From Acidobacteriota bacterium (GTDB lineage: Bacteria; Acidobacteriota; UBA6911; RPQK01; JAJDTT01), in contig CBDCJH010000002.1 of NCBI GenBank assembly GCA_965217775.1, positions 4,672,001 through 4,736,000 on the forward strand: 64,000 nt of DNA. Reading direction: 5' to 3'. Positions 24,498 through 35,045 of this stretch are shown here, piece by piece. The notes under the pieces are model-generated. The model worked only from the letters and a program-made list of their open reading frames with translations. It was not told the origin of the DNA and made no database searches. The position numbers were made by a program, and so were the translations under genes. Position 1 is the stretch's first letter. Each line of letters begins with the position of its first letter.

Positions 24498-25967
24498 TCA
24501 GGCGAGGATCTCGTGGACCAGCCGGGCCGGATACTGATCGGTGAGGCGCTCCTCCAAGCCGTGGCGCCGGTAAACCAGGTCTCGATGGTTCAGGCCCAGC
24601 AGGTGCAGGAAGGTGGCGTGAAAATCGTGGACGCTGACCCGGTCCACGGCGGCCTTGTGGCCGATGTCGTCGGTGGCGCCGTGGACGTAGCCGGCCTTGA
24701 CTCCCCCTCCGGCCATCCAGAGGCTGAAGCCGTCGGGACCGTGATCCCGGCCGGCGGAGCCGCCGTCTCGAAGCTGGGAGATGGGCATGCGGCCGAACTC
24801 GCCTCCCCAGATGACCAGCGTGTCGTCCAGCAGCCCCCGCTGCTTCAGATCGCGAACCAGGGCGGCGGACGGCTGGTCCGTCTTCCGGCAGCAGTTCTCC
24901 AGGTTCTTCTTCAAGTCGGAGTGATTGTCCCAGATCTGGTACTCGATGAAGATCTGGACGAAGCGCACTCCCCGTTCCACCAGGCGCCGGGCCAGCAGGC
25001 AGCGTCGCCCGTAGGAGGCGGTGGCCTCGTTGTTGAGACCGTACATCTCCTTGGTGGCCTCGCTCTCCCGGGAGAGGTCCAGGGCGTCGCTGGCGGCCAA
25101 CTGCATGCGGGCGGCCAGTTCGTAGGAGGAGATCCGGGCGTCCAGATCCGGCTGCCAGGGACGTTCCAGGCGATGAGAATGGTCGAGGCTGCGCAGCAGC
25201 GACCGTTCGGCTTCGATCAGGGGGTTGGGCAGCCGCTCCCTGGGATTCAGGTTGAGCACGGCCGGGTCCTTCTCCCGGAACCGCGTGCCCTGATACATCG
25301 GGGGAAGCCAGCCCGACTGCCAGTTCTGAATCCCGTTGACCGGCAGCTTCTTGTCTTCCAGAACCACATAGCCGGGCAGGTTCCGGTTCTCGGTGCCCAG
25401 AGCGTAGGTGACCCATGCCCCCAGGGTGGGGCGGCCCGTAATCGTCCGGCCCGTGTGAAAGAGGTTGATGGAGGGCTCGTGATTGAAGTGCTCTCCGTAC
25501 ATGGACCGGACCAGGGTGATGTCGTCCACGATCCCGGCGGTATGCGGCAGGAGCTCCGACAGCTCCATCCCGCACTTGCCGTGCCGGGAGAACTCCCACG
25601 GCGACGGCATCAGGGTCCCCACCTGATCCATGTTCTCGATCTGGTTGAGCAGGTCCCGGGGGGCGGCGCCACCCGCCATTCGAGCCAGGGTCGGCTTGGG
25701 GTCGAAGAGGTCGACCTGGCTGGGGCCGCCGTTCATGAACAAGTGTATGACCGATTTGGCCTTGGGATCATGATGGGGAGCCAGCGGAGTCAAGTCGACC
25801 CGGGGCCGGCTCCCGTCGGGGCTCGGCGAACCGAGAAGATCCTTTTGCAGCAGCCAGGCCAGTGCGGCGCCGTGGACTCCGTCGCCGAGACGGGAGAAGA
25901 AGTCCCGCCGGGTGCCGCGGAGGTTCGATCCGAAATTGGCCATGAGGTGCCTCGCTCGGTCAGTCAA
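24498..25967 (-). CDS. DUF1501 family protein (Tat signal)
   Basis: RRDFF, HLFMNGGPSQVDLFDPKP, LARRLVERGVRF, WGGEFGR. Confidence 0.9.
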   Translation of the reverse strand: MTDRARHLMANFGSNLRGTRRDFFSRLGDGVHGAALAWLLQKDLLGSPSPDGSRPRVDLTPLAPHHDPKAKSVIHLFMNGGPSQVDLFDPKPTLARMAGGAAPRDLLNQIENMDQVGTLMPSPWEFSRHGKCGMELSELLPHTAGIVDDITLVRSMYGEHFNHEPSINLFHTGRTITGRPTLGAWVTYALGTENRNLPGYVVLEDKKLPVNGIQNWQSGWLPPMYQGTRFREKDPAVLNLNPRERLPNPLIEAERSLLRSLDHSHRLERPWQPDLDARISSYELAARMQLAASDALDLSRESEATKEMYGLNNEATASYGRRCLLARRLVERGVRFVQIFIEYQIWDNHSDLKKNLENCCRKTDQPSAALVRDLKQRGLLDDTLVIWGGEFGRMPISQLRDGGSAGRDHGPDGFSLWMAGGGVKAGYVHGATDDIGHKAAVDRVSVHDFHATFLHLLGLNHRDLVYRRHGLEERLTDQYPARLVHEILA

Positions 25968-28875
25968 TATACAGAAACTCCCCCGAATTGAGGAGCGTGA
26001 GGACCACCGAACTCAGCGCCGACCAGCGGGCCCCGGGACCCCGGGGCGCCGGATCGTTCTTCTGATTCAGGTGGCCGCGCCACTCCCGCTGCAGGCGTTG
26101 CAGCGACTCCTCGATGCGCCGGCTCTCCCCGGGGGTGGGATAGCGGCTCAGGACTTCCAAATAGAGTTTCTCGATCTGCCCCGGCGTGTCTCCCGGAGCC
26201 TGATCCATGAGCCGGCCCGCCAGATAGCGGGCGTGGCCGCGCATCAGCTCTCCGTTGATGAGCTGCAGCGCCTGCAAGGGGACGGTGGACTGCCGGCGTT
26301 GGCCGCAGTTCGGAATCATCACCGGATAGTCGAAGGCCTCCAGGGAGGAGACGGGCATGCGGCGCCGCTTGAGCAGATAGACGGCCCGGCGCCACCCGCC
26401 CGAGGTCGATTCGGGCACCACCTCGCCGCTGGATTCCTCCTTCAGGGGGACGGGAATTCCGAAGGGAGTCGCGTCCAGGCGGCCCGTGACGCGCAACACC
26501 GAATCGTGCAGGGCCTCGGCTTCCAGACGTCTCATGCGCATTCGGGAAAGGAGCAGGTTGTCGGGGTCCCGCTGCCGGACCCGGGGGCCGACCCGGGACG
26601 TCTGCCGGTAGGCCGCCGAGGTCATGATCAGCCGGTGCACGGCCTTCATGCTCCACCCCCGGTCCACGAACTCGGCCGCCAGCCAATCCAAAAGCTGCGG
26701 ATGGGTCGGCTGGGACCCGGTCTTGCCGAAGTCGCCCGGGGTGGTGACGAGTTCGCGGCCGAAGTGATGCCCCCAGATCCGATTGACCTGGACCCGAGAA
26801 GTCAGAGGGTGCCCCTCCTGGGTCAGCCAGCGGGCCAGGCCCAGACGGTTGCCGCTGGTGTCCCGTCCCGGGGGCGGCAGCGGCCGGTAGGGTTCCAGGC
26901 CGGTGCCGGACAGTACTCGGGGCACCTCCGGGACCACCCGTTCCGCCACTGACTGGGCTTCTCCCCGGTTCAGACGATAAACGGGAGACGGGTCCCCTCC
27001 CATGTCGTAGAGGGCCCGGATGCCGGGCAGGGTCCGGTACTTGGTCTTGTCCCGGAAATTGGTCTCGGACCCGTACTTGGAGTTCTTGATGTGGGCGATG
27101 TCCTTTTCCAACTGGCCGGCGGACTTCTTGAACTCGGGGAAACGGTCCCCCAGGGTGGCATAGGCGGGATCCACCACCTCCTTGAACTTCCGGCCCAGGA
27201 AACGCTGGAGACTGGTGCGTTTCGCTTCGGACGTCCTGGCGATAGCCCTGAGGTCCGCTTGAAGGTCGGAAGGCAGGGCGTCCAGCGCCTCCTTCTGGAA
27301 TTTCTCCTTGTAGGGTCGAGCCTTTTCCTTCAGCTCCGATTCCAGGTTTCGGAGCTTGACCTGGAGAGGGGCGTTGTGGGCCTCGACCTCCTTGAGATCC
27401 GCCTCCAGAGCGACACGCAGCACCCGTTTGGTGGGCGGACGCCAGTCGTAGGGGTCGAGGGCGGTCTGGAAGATGGCGGCCAGGCTGTAGTACTCGCGCT
27501 GGCTCAGGGGATCGTACTTGTGGTCGTGGCAGCGGGCACAACCGATGGTCAGGCCCAGAACCGAAGAGCCCAGGACCTGGAGCTCGTCGGCGATGACGTC
27601 CATCCTTTCCTGGAGCGACCCATTGGGCTGGCCATAGGTGCCGTCGGGGGCCAGCCGCAGGAAGCCGGTGGCGGCGACAACGTCCACCAGTTCCTGGGTG
27701 ACCTCCTTCTGTTTCTTGTAGTCCACCAGCTCGTCGCCCGCCAACTGCTCGGTCAGGAAACGGTCGTAAGGAGTGTCCCGGTTCAGCGCCCGGATCACGT
27801 AGTCGCGATAGCGCCAGGCATGAGGGCGGACCTTGTCCTCGTCGATGATCCCCTCCGAATCGCTGTACCCGGCCAGGTCGAACCAGTACTGGGCCCAGCG
27901 CTCCCCGTAGGCGGGAGAGTCCAGGAGCCGGTCCAGGAGCCGCTCGTAGGCCCCCGGCTCCCGGTCCTCCAGGTAGTCCAGGACCTCCTGGGAGGTGGGG
28001 GGCATTCCGGTCAGGTCCAGATAGGCCCGGCGCAGCAGGACCAGGGGCTCGGCCTCGGGAGAGAAGCCGAGGTCCTTGGCTTCCAGCCGTGCCAGCAGAA
28101 AGAGGTCGATGGGATTGCGGGCCTGCCCGGGATGACGGACTCGCGGCTGATCCGGCCTGCGCGGAGAGCGGAAGGACCAGAACTCCGTGTCTTCCGGAGA
28201 CAGGGGGGGATCCGCGACGGCATCCACCTGGGGCGGGTCGGCCGGGGCCCCGGCCAGAACCCACTGTCTCAGGACCTCCACCTCGGCCGTGGTGGGCGGC
28301 CGGATCTTGTCCAGGGGGGGCATCTCCTGGGAGATGATGCGGGAAAAGAGCAGACTCCGGCCCGGGTCGCCGGGGACGAGAGCCGGCCCCGATTCGCCTC
28401 CCCGCAGCCGGCTGGCCCGGGTCCGCAGGTCCAGTCCCGCCTCCTGCCTGGCCTTGCCGTGACAGTTGACGCAGTGCATCTGAAAGATGGGCAGCACGTC
28501 CTTCTCGGTATGGAGCCGGCCGCCCGTGTAAGCGGCCTGGGCGTCGATCCAGAGCCGGATGGCCCGGGTCTCCTCCGGGGACAGATTGACGTCCCCCGGG
28601 GGCATGGCGCCCGAGATCAACTTGGAGACCAGCAGGCTCCGGTCCGAGTCCCCGAGCATCAGTGCGGGTCCCGACTTCCCTCCGGCCAACATGGCCTCGA
28701 GGGTGCCCAGGTGGAGCTGGCCCTGGGGATCGGCGCCACTGTGGCATTGGAGACAGTTCTTCTCGAAGATGGGGAGGACGTCTTTTTGGAAATCGGAGTC
28801 AGCGGCCCCGGTGGCCTGAAGGCTGGAGCCGAGGATCAGGCCAGCCAGGGACGTCACACAGAACTTGCGCAACAT
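25960..28875 (-). CDS. Planctomycete-type cytochrome c / DUF1549 / DUF1553 protein
   Basis: CLQCH, CVNCH, CARCH; GERWAQYW; VNRIWGHHFG; PLQALQL. Confidence 0.9.
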   Translation of the reverse strand: MLRKFCVTSLAGLILGSSLQATGAADSDFQKDVLPIFEKNCLQCHSGADPQGQLHLGTLEAMLAGGKSGPALMLGDSDRSLLVSKLISGAMPPGDVNLSPEETRAIRLWIDAQAAYTGGRLHTEKDVLPIFQMHCVNCHGKARQEAGLDLRTRASRLRGGESGPALVPGDPGRSLLFSRIISQEMPPLDKIRPPTTAEVEVLRQWVLAGAPADPPQVDAVADPPLSPEDTEFWSFRSPRRPDQPRVRHPGQARNPIDLFLLARLEAKDLGFSPEAEPLVLLRRAYLDLTGMPPTSQEVLDYLEDREPGAYERLLDRLLDSPAYGERWAQYWFDLAGYSDSEGIIDEDKVRPHAWRYRDYVIRALNRDTPYDRFLTEQLAGDELVDYKKQKEVTQELVDVVAATGFLRLAPDGTYGQPNGSLQERMDVIADELQVLGSSVLGLTIGCARCHDHKYDPLSQREYYSLAAIFQTALDPYDWRPPTKRVLRVALEADLKEVEAHNAPLQVKLRNLESELKEKARPYKEKFQKEALDALPSDLQADLRAIARTSEAKRTSLQRFLGRKFKEVVDPAYATLGDRFPEFKKSAGQLEKDIAHIKNSKYGSETNFRDKTKYRTLPGIRALYDMGGDPSPVYRLNRGEAQSVAERVVPEVPRVLSGTGLEPYRPLPPPGRDTSGNRLGLARWLTQEGHPLTSRVQVNRIWGHHFGRELVTTPGDFGKTGSQPTHPQLLDWLAAEFVDRGWSMKAVHRLIMTSAAYRQTSRVGPRVRQRDPDNLLLSRMRMRRLEAEALHDSVLRVTGRLDATPFGIPVPLKEESSGEVVPESTSGGWRRAVYLLKRRRMPVSSLEAFDYPVMIPNCGQRRQSTVPLQALQLINGELMRGHARYLAGRLMDQAPGDTPGQIEKLYLEVLSRYPTPGESRRIEESLQRLQREWRGHLNQKNDPAPRGPGARWSALSSVVLTLLNSGEFLYID

Positions 28876-29171
28876 GATCTTTTCTCGTGTCTTCAAAATT
28901 ACAACGGAAGACGGTGTCGGGGCAACCGAAGCGGAGGAACGGGGCAAAAGAGAAGAGAGAGGCTTGCCGGCTGGTCGGACCCGGTCGCCATCGCTGTCGT
29001 GCTTATCCCTTGTCCTTTGAAGTCTTCGATGAAGGTGAAGACTCGCGGACGCGCGGTGGGGTCGATACCTCCTGCTGCGGGACGAGCGGCTGGTAGGGCC
29101 TGATTTTGATCCGATGACGGAATATGATTCCCCAGTTGCCCGAAATCGAGAGGCTCCAGAACGCCTTCATA

Positions 29172-29435
29172 TTACCTTTCAGACGGTGGAGCCGAACGCC
29201 GGTGGGAAACGCTCACGACCAGTACAAGGAGTAAATCTTCGCGCACTTCGTAAAGCACGCGGTAGTCTCCGACGCGAAGCCGACGCAGACCCCGCCTACC
29301 TCCCTTCAGCGCATTGCCGAGGAAGGGGTTCTCTGCCAGACGGTCGATGGCCGCGACAATTCGCGTTCGATCCTTCCTGGCAACTCGCTTCAGTTCCTTG
29401 GCTGCGCTGCCCTTAATCCGTATCGAGAAGTTCAC
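29172..29435 (-). CDS. RelE/ParE family toxin
   Basis: AAKELKR...LAENP...RRLRVGDYRVLYEV; GTG start overlapping antitoxin. Confidence 0.88.
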   Translation of the reverse strand: MNFSIRIKGSAAKELKRVARKDRTRIVAAIDRLAENPFLGNALKGGRRGLRRLRVGDYRVLYEVREDLLLVLVVSVSHRRSAPPSER

Positions 29436-29670
29436 GCCTGACCTGATCCCAATCCAGCACCGGATCGCTCGGATCACGGAGCCGTTCGACGGCTATGGAA
29501 AGATCGTCGAAGTCTTCAAGGTAACGTTCGACCGCCCGGCGAACGATCTCCGCCCGGCTGCGATGGAATCGGCGGGCGACCGCGTCCAGTGCATTGACAA
29601 CCGTATCCGGCAGGCGCGCGGTGATTTGGGTCTTGGACTCTGTAATGTTCGATGCTTGCATTTGCATCAC
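29413..29670 (-). CDS. Ribbon-helix-helix antitoxin (RelB/CopG-like)
   Basis: ITARLP...LDAVA...SRAEIVRRAVERYLED, acidic C-terminus, upstream of toxin. Confidence 0.85.
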   Translation of the reverse strand: MMQMQASNITESKTQITARLPDTVVNALDAVARRFHRSRAEIVRRAVERYLEDFDDLSIAVERLRDPSDPVLDWDQVRRELLDTD

Positions 29671-29675
29671 ATTAC
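29642..29675. promoter_or_regulatory. Putative TA operator inverted repeat
   Basis: GTAATG..GATGC / GCATC.CATTAC inverted repeat at antitoxin 5' end. Confidence 0.45.
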
Positions 29676-29829
29676 TTCAGATCGATGGCAATCTCAATCT
29701 TGTCATCGCCGCCTGAACCGCACTTCTGAAACCGCGGAATTCGGCGGCCGGTGAGCTGCCGCTCCTGGTTTCGGTGGATGGTTACAATCACCATGGGATG
29801 CTACGGTGTGTCTGCAGATGAAAGGAGTC

Positions 29830-31170
29830 ATGCGGGCGATCCGGTTGGTGGTGGTCATGGCGCTGGTAGCGGGCGCCGCTTGCGGGCCGGCGCGGATTCC
29901 GCTGATTTCGACCGGGCCTCTCGACGACCTGGACCGGATTCCTCAGGACGCCACGGCCTTTACCGGGAGCGGGGACCGGCCCATTCTCCAGGTCGACAAG
30001 GACTGGCTCGAGAAATTCGAAGCCTACTGGTACGGGCCCTGGGAGCGAACCGAGCCCGCGGTCTGCAGGGAGGCGGCGTTCGGTTGGGCCGCCGAATCGT
30101 TCTCCAGGAAGCCGGTCTTCGGTCCCAGTCTGCTGAAACTTTCCACCTCCCAGGTGGAAGCCGTCGTGGCCAATGCGCAACTGGATGAATTTCCCAGTCG
30201 AGCCGAATACGGGATCGCCATCCGCAACACGGCCCTGCGGGCGCTTCCTTCGGCGGAACCCTTCTATTTCGACTTCCGGAAGGCGGGAGAGGGATACCCG
30301 TTCGACTACAACCAGAATTCGGCGGTCTGGGCGGGGACGCCCCTTTTCCTGACCCACGTCTCCCGGGACGGTCGGTTTCTGGGCGCCGAATCGCCTTATA
30401 CCTGCGGTTGGATCGATGCGCGGGACGTGGCGTTCGTCGACGAGGAGTTCATGGCTGCGTACCGGCGTCCCCGCTTGGCCGCGCTGCGGCGGGACCGGTT
30501 CCCAGTCTCCGGGGATCCCGGCGGATTCCTCTTCGAGGGGCGGATCGGAATGCTGTTGCCGATGGAGGGCAGAGGCGAACCCGGAGGCGTCCGGCTGCTG
30601 GCTCCCGTGGCTGACGCGAGCCGCCGGGCGTCCCTGTCACAGGTCCGGCTGGCGGAACCGGATGCCGCGCCGATTCCTTTTCCGTTCTCCCAGGATCGTC
30701 TGGCCGAGCTGATCAACCAGATCGTGGGGCAACCCTACGGTTGGGGTGGACTGGGCGGTCATCGCGACTGTTCCTCCACCATCCTGGATATCTTCCTGCC
30801 CTTCGGACTTCGCCTGCCGCGCAACTCGAGAAGTCAGGCGAGTGCGGGGAAAAACGTGGACCTCACCGAACTCTCCGCGGACGAAAAACGAAAGCGAATT
30901 CTGGAAGCGGCGGTCCCCTTCCGCACGCTTTTGAACATCAGGGGCCACGTCATGCTCTATCTCGGAGCCTTCCGGGGCTCCCCGGTGGCGTTTCACACCA
31001 TCTGGGGACTTCGGACGGCTTCCCGGGACGAATCAAGCTCGGGGCGGTTTCTGATCGGGAAATCGGTCATCACCAGTCTGTCGCCGGGACTCGAGATCAG
31101 CGAGTTGTCACCGAGCAGGGGCGACCTGCTGGACCGCATCGACTCTTTCACGCTGCTGGGAGAGGAGTAG
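29830..31170 (+). CDS. SH3/NlpC-P60 lipoprotein (peptidoglycan endopeptidase)
   Basis: Lipobox-like AGAAC; PYGWGG, RDCSS, LPRNS, GHVMLYLG. Confidence 0.9.
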   Translation: MRAIRLVVVMALVAGAACGPARIPLISTGPLDDLDRIPQDATAFTGSGDRPILQVDKDWLEKFEAYWYGPWERTEPAVCREAAFGWAAESFSRKPVFGPSLLKLSTSQVEAVVANAQLDEFPSRAEYGIAIRNTALRALPSAEPFYFDFRKAGEGYPFDYNQNSAVWAGTPLFLTHVSRDGRFLGAESPYTCGWIDARDVAFVDEEFMAAYRRPRLAALRRDRFPVSGDPGGFLFEGRIGMLLPMEGRGEPGGVRLLAPVADASRRASLSQVRLAEPDAAPIPFPFSQDRLAELINQIVGQPYGWGGLGGHRDCSSTILDIFLPFGLRLPRNSRSQASAGKNVDLTELSADEKRKRILEAAVPFRTLLNIRGHVMLYLGAFRGSPVAFHTIWGLRTASRDESSSGRFLIGKSVITSLSPGLEISELSPSRGDLLDRIDSFTLLGEE

Positions 31171-31269
31171 GGGCTCCGTTGTCCGGCGTGCGGTCAGGGC
31201 TGACGATCCGATTCCGCGGCCATCATCACCAGGTACCGGCTTTCAATCTCCCTGTGCCCGGGGATGAGT

Positions 31270-31590
31270 TCAAGCGGCGTTTCCGCGTCCATTGCGGACC
31301 AAGAAATCCCGCAGCACATCGAGAGTTCCCTCGATCCGACCCAGACGGTCGCGGAGATTTCCAAACTGGCGGTCCACATGGTCGCGGAGAGTTCCGTTCT
31401 GGTGATCCGCATGGTCGCGGAGAGCTCCGACCTGGTGATCCGTATGGTTGCGGAGATCTCCGATCTGCTGATCCACACTGTCGCGGAAATCCCGTAACTC
31501 GCCGCGCACGGAACGGATGGATCGGTCCAGGTAGAGGAATCCCAAAATGAGAACCGCCGAAGTGATCCACTGGGCGAGTTCAGATGGCAT
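31270..31590 (-). CDS. Small membrane-anchored coiled-coil protein with 11-aa repeats
   Basis: GAGG upstream of ATG 31590; N-terminal hydrophobic segment; five 33-bp repeats; RLGRIEG end motif. Confidence 0.7.
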   Translation of the reverse strand: MPSELAQWITSAVLILGFLYLDRSIRSVRGELRDFRDSVDQQIGDLRNHTDHQVGALRDHADHQNGTLRDHVDRQFGNLRDRLGRIEGTLDVLRDFLVRNGRGNAA

Positions 31591-31717
31591 CAGTTCCTCG
31601 TAGAAACAAGAATAACATTCCGGACGCGCTCCGGTAGCTGCCGCATCCACTGCCCTGCCCGCGCCGCATACTCCCCCAATTGGCCTCATATGCGATTGGA
31701 CGGGACATGGAGGAAGG

Positions 31718-31739
31718 GGCGACTGGAAATCGCCCCTCC
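31718..31739 (-). repeat. REP-like hairpin
   Basis: GGAGGGGCGATTTCCAGTCGCC on minus strand. Confidence 0.8.
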
Positions 31740-31859
31740 ACCCGGCCCTCGAGCTTCTGATATCTAATAACGTTGCGTTTGAGAAAAACGCGAAAGTCGG
31801 TGCAGATTCCTCCGAGAGGAAGCTGCGAGGCTTCTCCTTCCAGCTCCCGGGGATATAGA

Positions 31860-34800
31860 ATGACCTCAATCAAAAGGAGTGGAGCCTTGAGACCGTCCTC
31901 GATTCCGTCCTGGCGTTTCGCCGCCACACTGTGCGGCGCTGCCGCGGTGCTGACCTTGCCGCCGGGATCGGGGGCAGCAGGGACCGAGCCGAAGGCGCCG
32001 GAGATGGCTCCTCCCGTGGAGCGGACGGTCGACTTTCAGACCGATGTCCTTCCCATATTCGAGGCCAGTTGCCTCAAGTGCCATGGACCCGCCATGGCCA
32101 TGGGGGGGCTCCGTCTGCACACCCGTTCCGACCTGCTGGCCGGCGGGGACAAGGGCGCCGCGGTGTTGGAGGGGAACAGCGCCGGCAGCCGGCTGATCCA
32201 ACTGGTGGCGGGCAGGGACGAGTTGAAGATGCCCCTGGACGGGGAGCCCCTCAGCCCGGAGCAGGTCGGGATCTTGAGGGCCTGGATCGATCAGGGAGTC
32301 ATTTGGGCTCAGGGAGCGGCGGTTTCCAACCGCCGAACTCCGGACGAAGCATCGGAGACATCGGCTTCCAATAAGAGCCATTGGGCTTTCCAGCCGGTCC
32401 GGCAGGACCCGCCGCCCCCGGTCGCGGCCGGCGATTGGGTGCGAAACGACATCGACGCCTTCGTGCTGCGGCGGCTGCGGAGCGAAGGTCCGGAGCCCTC
32501 CCCCGAAGCCGACCGGTCGACCCTGATCCGAAGACTCCATCTGGATCTCCTGGGCCTGCCTCCAACGCCGGCTCAGCGGGAGCGCTTCCTTGGCGACCGG
32601 CGTCCCTACGCCTACGAGCGGCTGGTGAACCGGGTGTTGTCGTCGCCCCACTTCGGTGAGCGCTGGGCCCGCCACTGGTTGGACCTGGCCCGCTACGCCG
32701 ACAGCGACGGTTTCGAGAAGGACAACGTCCGGCCCCATGCCTGGCGCTATCGCGAATGGGTCATCGACGCCTACAACCGCGACCTTCCCTACGACCAGTT
32801 CATGGTGGAGCAGTTGGCGGGAGACCTGCTGCCCGGCGCCACCGTGGAGCAGAAGACGGCCACCGGGTTTCACCGCAACACGTTGACCAACACCGAGGGG
32901 GGCGTGGACCCGGAGGAGTACCGGGTGGAGCAGGTGGTGGACCGGACCGACACCACGGGCCTGGTGTTCATGGGCCTCACGGTGGGCTGCGCCCGCTGCC
33001 ACTCTCACAAGTACGACCCCATTTCCCACCGGGAGTACTATCAGCTCTTCTCCTTCTTCAACACCGGAATCGAGAAGAACATCCCCGCTCCGCTCCCGCG
33101 GGAGCAGGTGGCCTACCGGTTGGCGTCGGGGCAGTGGGAGCGGGAGCATGAGAAGCTGCTGGCCGCCCTGGAGGAGCAGCGTTCGGAGCTGAAGGAGAAG
33201 CTGGAAGGGACGCGGGCCGTGGCCCTCTGGGAAAAGGGGCTGGACCACTCTCCGGTGGAGTGGATTCCGCTGGACCTGTCCGGCTACGTCGCTGCCGGGG
33301 GCGCCGAGTTCAGCGAAGACGAGACCGGCGCGCTCCTGGTGAGCGGCAACAACCCCAAGCAGGACCGCTACACCCTGGTGGCCAACGTCGAGCTGCGGGG
33401 CATCAACGCCGTCCGGCTCGACTTTCCGACCCACGAGTCCCTGCCCTCGGGCGGTCCCGGACGATCGCCGGAAGGCAACTTCGTCCTCTCCGAGTTCAAG
33501 ATCGGCGACGCCCGGCTCTCCAATCCGGTCAAGCCCACCGGGATTCCGGTGGAGAGAGTGTACGCCGGCTACTCCCAAAAGGGGTTCGAGATCGAGAAGT
33601 CCGTGGACGGAGATCCCAAGACGGGATGGAGCGTAAACGGCCCCCTGGGAGCCAACCGGGATCAGCAGGCGGTCTTCGTCACCGCTCAGAGCCTGGGGCG
33701 CTACGGCGGATCGTCACTCACCCTGACCCTGGAGCAGCTCCACGGCGAGAGTCACAACATCGGCTCCCTCTCGGCCTCTGTGACACAGGCGCCGCGAAAG
33801 GAGCTGAAACAGGTTTTTCCGATGCCGGCGGAGAGGGCCCTGGCGGTTCCGGCCGGCGAGCGGAGCGCGGAACAGCAGTCCGCCATCCTAGACTACTACG
33901 TCGACCTGGACCCCGAAGTCCGGCACCGCTTGGCGGCGGTGGAGGGACACCGCCGGGCCCGGCCCCGTCCTCCGGGGACCATGGCCCAGACCCTGGCACA
34001 AAACCCCGAGCCGCCCCGGACCCATATTCACCTGCGGGGAGACTTTCTGAGTCCGGGGGAGGAGGTGTGGCCGAACACGCTCTCGGTCCTGCCGCCGCTG
34101 GAGCCTCGCGGTTCGGACCCGGACCGGCTGGATCTGGCCCTCTGGCTGACCGACCCCTCACATCCCCTGACCGCCCGGGTCGAGGTCAACCGCTTCTGGG
34201 AGCACCTCTTCGGCCGGGGACTGGTGGCGACCAGCGAGGATTTCGGCACCCGGGGCGAGAAACCGTCCCATCCCCGGCTCCTGGATTGGCTGGCCCAGGA
34301 GTTCGTGGCCGGTGGCTGGAGCCGCAAGGACCTGGTCCGGCTGATCGTGACGTCGGCCACCTACCGGCAATCTTCCCGGGTCCGTCCCGAACTCATGGAG
34401 AGAGACCCCAAGAATCTGCTTCTGGCCCGGCAGAACCGTTTTCGAGTCGAGTCGGAAGCGACGCGGGACCTCTATCTGGCCGTAGGCGGACTGCTGGAGC
34501 CGCGAGTGGGCGGCAAGAGCGTCTACCCGCCGCTGCCGGCGGGAGTGGCCGATCTGGGGTACGGCGGGACGGAGTGGCCCGAAAGCTCCGGGACCGACAA
34601 GTACCGGCGCGGCCTCTACATCTTCTTCCAGCGGACCGTCCCGTACCCCATGCTCATGACCTTCGACAGTCCCGATTCCAACACCTCGTGCGTCCGCCGG
34701 ATCCGCTCCAACACGCCGCTTCAGGCCCTGACGCTGCTCAACGGACCTCTCTTCGTCGAGATTGCCCGATCGCTGGGACGGAGGATTCTGGCCGAAGCCC

Positions 34801-35045
34801 CTTCCGGGGAAGCGGAACGGATCGGATTTGCCTTTCGCCTGGCACTGGCCCGCGACCCCAGCCGCCGAGAAGCGGAGATCGTTCACGAGTTGCTGGCCGA
34901 GCACCGCAGCGCCTTCGAGCATGACCCTGAAGCCGCCGCCGAGTTCGCCGGGTCCGGCGCGGGAACCTCGGCGACGGAGACGGCCGCCTGGATCGCCGCC
35001 AGCCGAATGATCCTGAATCTGGACGAGTTCCTGACCCGGGAGTGA
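31860..35045 (+). CDS. Planctomycete-type cytochrome c / DUF1549 / DUF1553 protein with central beta-sandwich
   Basis: CLKCH, CARCH; [10 protein letters not shown]; DGDPKTGW discoidin-like motif; [11 protein letters not shown]. Confidence 0.9.
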   Translation: MTSIKRSGALRPSSIPSWRFAATLCGAAAVLTLPPGSGAAGTEPKAPEMAPPVERTVDFQTDVLPIFEASCLKCHGPAMAMGGLRLHTRSDLLAGGDKGAAVLEGNSAGSRLIQLVAGRDELKMPLDGEPLSPEQVGILRAWIDQGVIWAQGAAVSNRRTPDEASETSASNKSHWAFQPVRQDPPPPVAAGDWVRNDIDAFVLRRLRSEGPEPSPEADRSTLIRRLHLDLLGLPPTPAQRERFLGDRRPYAYERLVNRVLSSPHFGERWARHWLDLARYADSDGFEKDNVRPHAWRYREWVIDAYNRDLPYDQFMVEQLAGDLLPGATVEQKTATGFHRNTLTNTEGGVDPEEYRVEQVVDRTDTTGLVFMGLTVGCARCHSHKYDPISHREYYQLFSFFNTGIEKNIPAPLPREQVAYRLASGQWEREHEKLLAALEEQRSELKEKLEGTRAVALWEKGLDHSPVEWIPLDLSGYVAAGGAEFSEDETGALLVSGNNPKQDRYTLVANVELRGINAVRLDFPTHESLPSGGPGRSPEGNFVLSEFKIGDARLSNPVKPTGIPVERVYAGYSQKGFEIEKSVDGDPKTGWSVNGPLGANRDQQAVFVTAQSLGRYGGSSLTLTLEQLHGESHNIGSLSASVTQAPRKELKQVFPMPAERALAVPAGERSAEQQSAILDYYVDLDPEVRHRLAAVEGHRRARPRPPGTMAQTLAQNPEPPRTHIHLRGDFLSPGEEVWPNTLSVLPPLEPRGSDPDRLDLALWLTDPSHPLTARVEVNRFWEHLFGRGLVATSEDFGTRGEKPSHPRLLDWLAQEFVAGGWSRKDLVRLIVTSATYRQSSRVRPELMERDPKNLLLARQNRFRVESEATRDLYLAVGGLLEPRVGGKSVYPPLPAGVADLGYGGTEWPESSGTDKYRRGLYIFFQRTVPYPMLMTFDSPDSNTSCVRRIRSNTPLQALTLLNGPLFVEIARSLGRRILAEAPSGEAERIGFAFRLALARDPSRREAEIVHELLAEHRSAFEHDPEAAAEFAGSGAGTSATETAAWIAASRMILNLDEFLTRE
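32313..32341 (+). repeat. REP-like hairpin in-frame within CDS
   Basis: 29-bp exact copy; translates [10 protein letters not shown] in interdomain linker. Confidence 0.85.

Noticed and set aside
31347-31495. CRISPR-like 33-bp periodicity (also 20914-21045)
   Set aside because: Period is a multiple of 3, lies in-frame within ORFs and encodes coiled-coil repeats; no spacers
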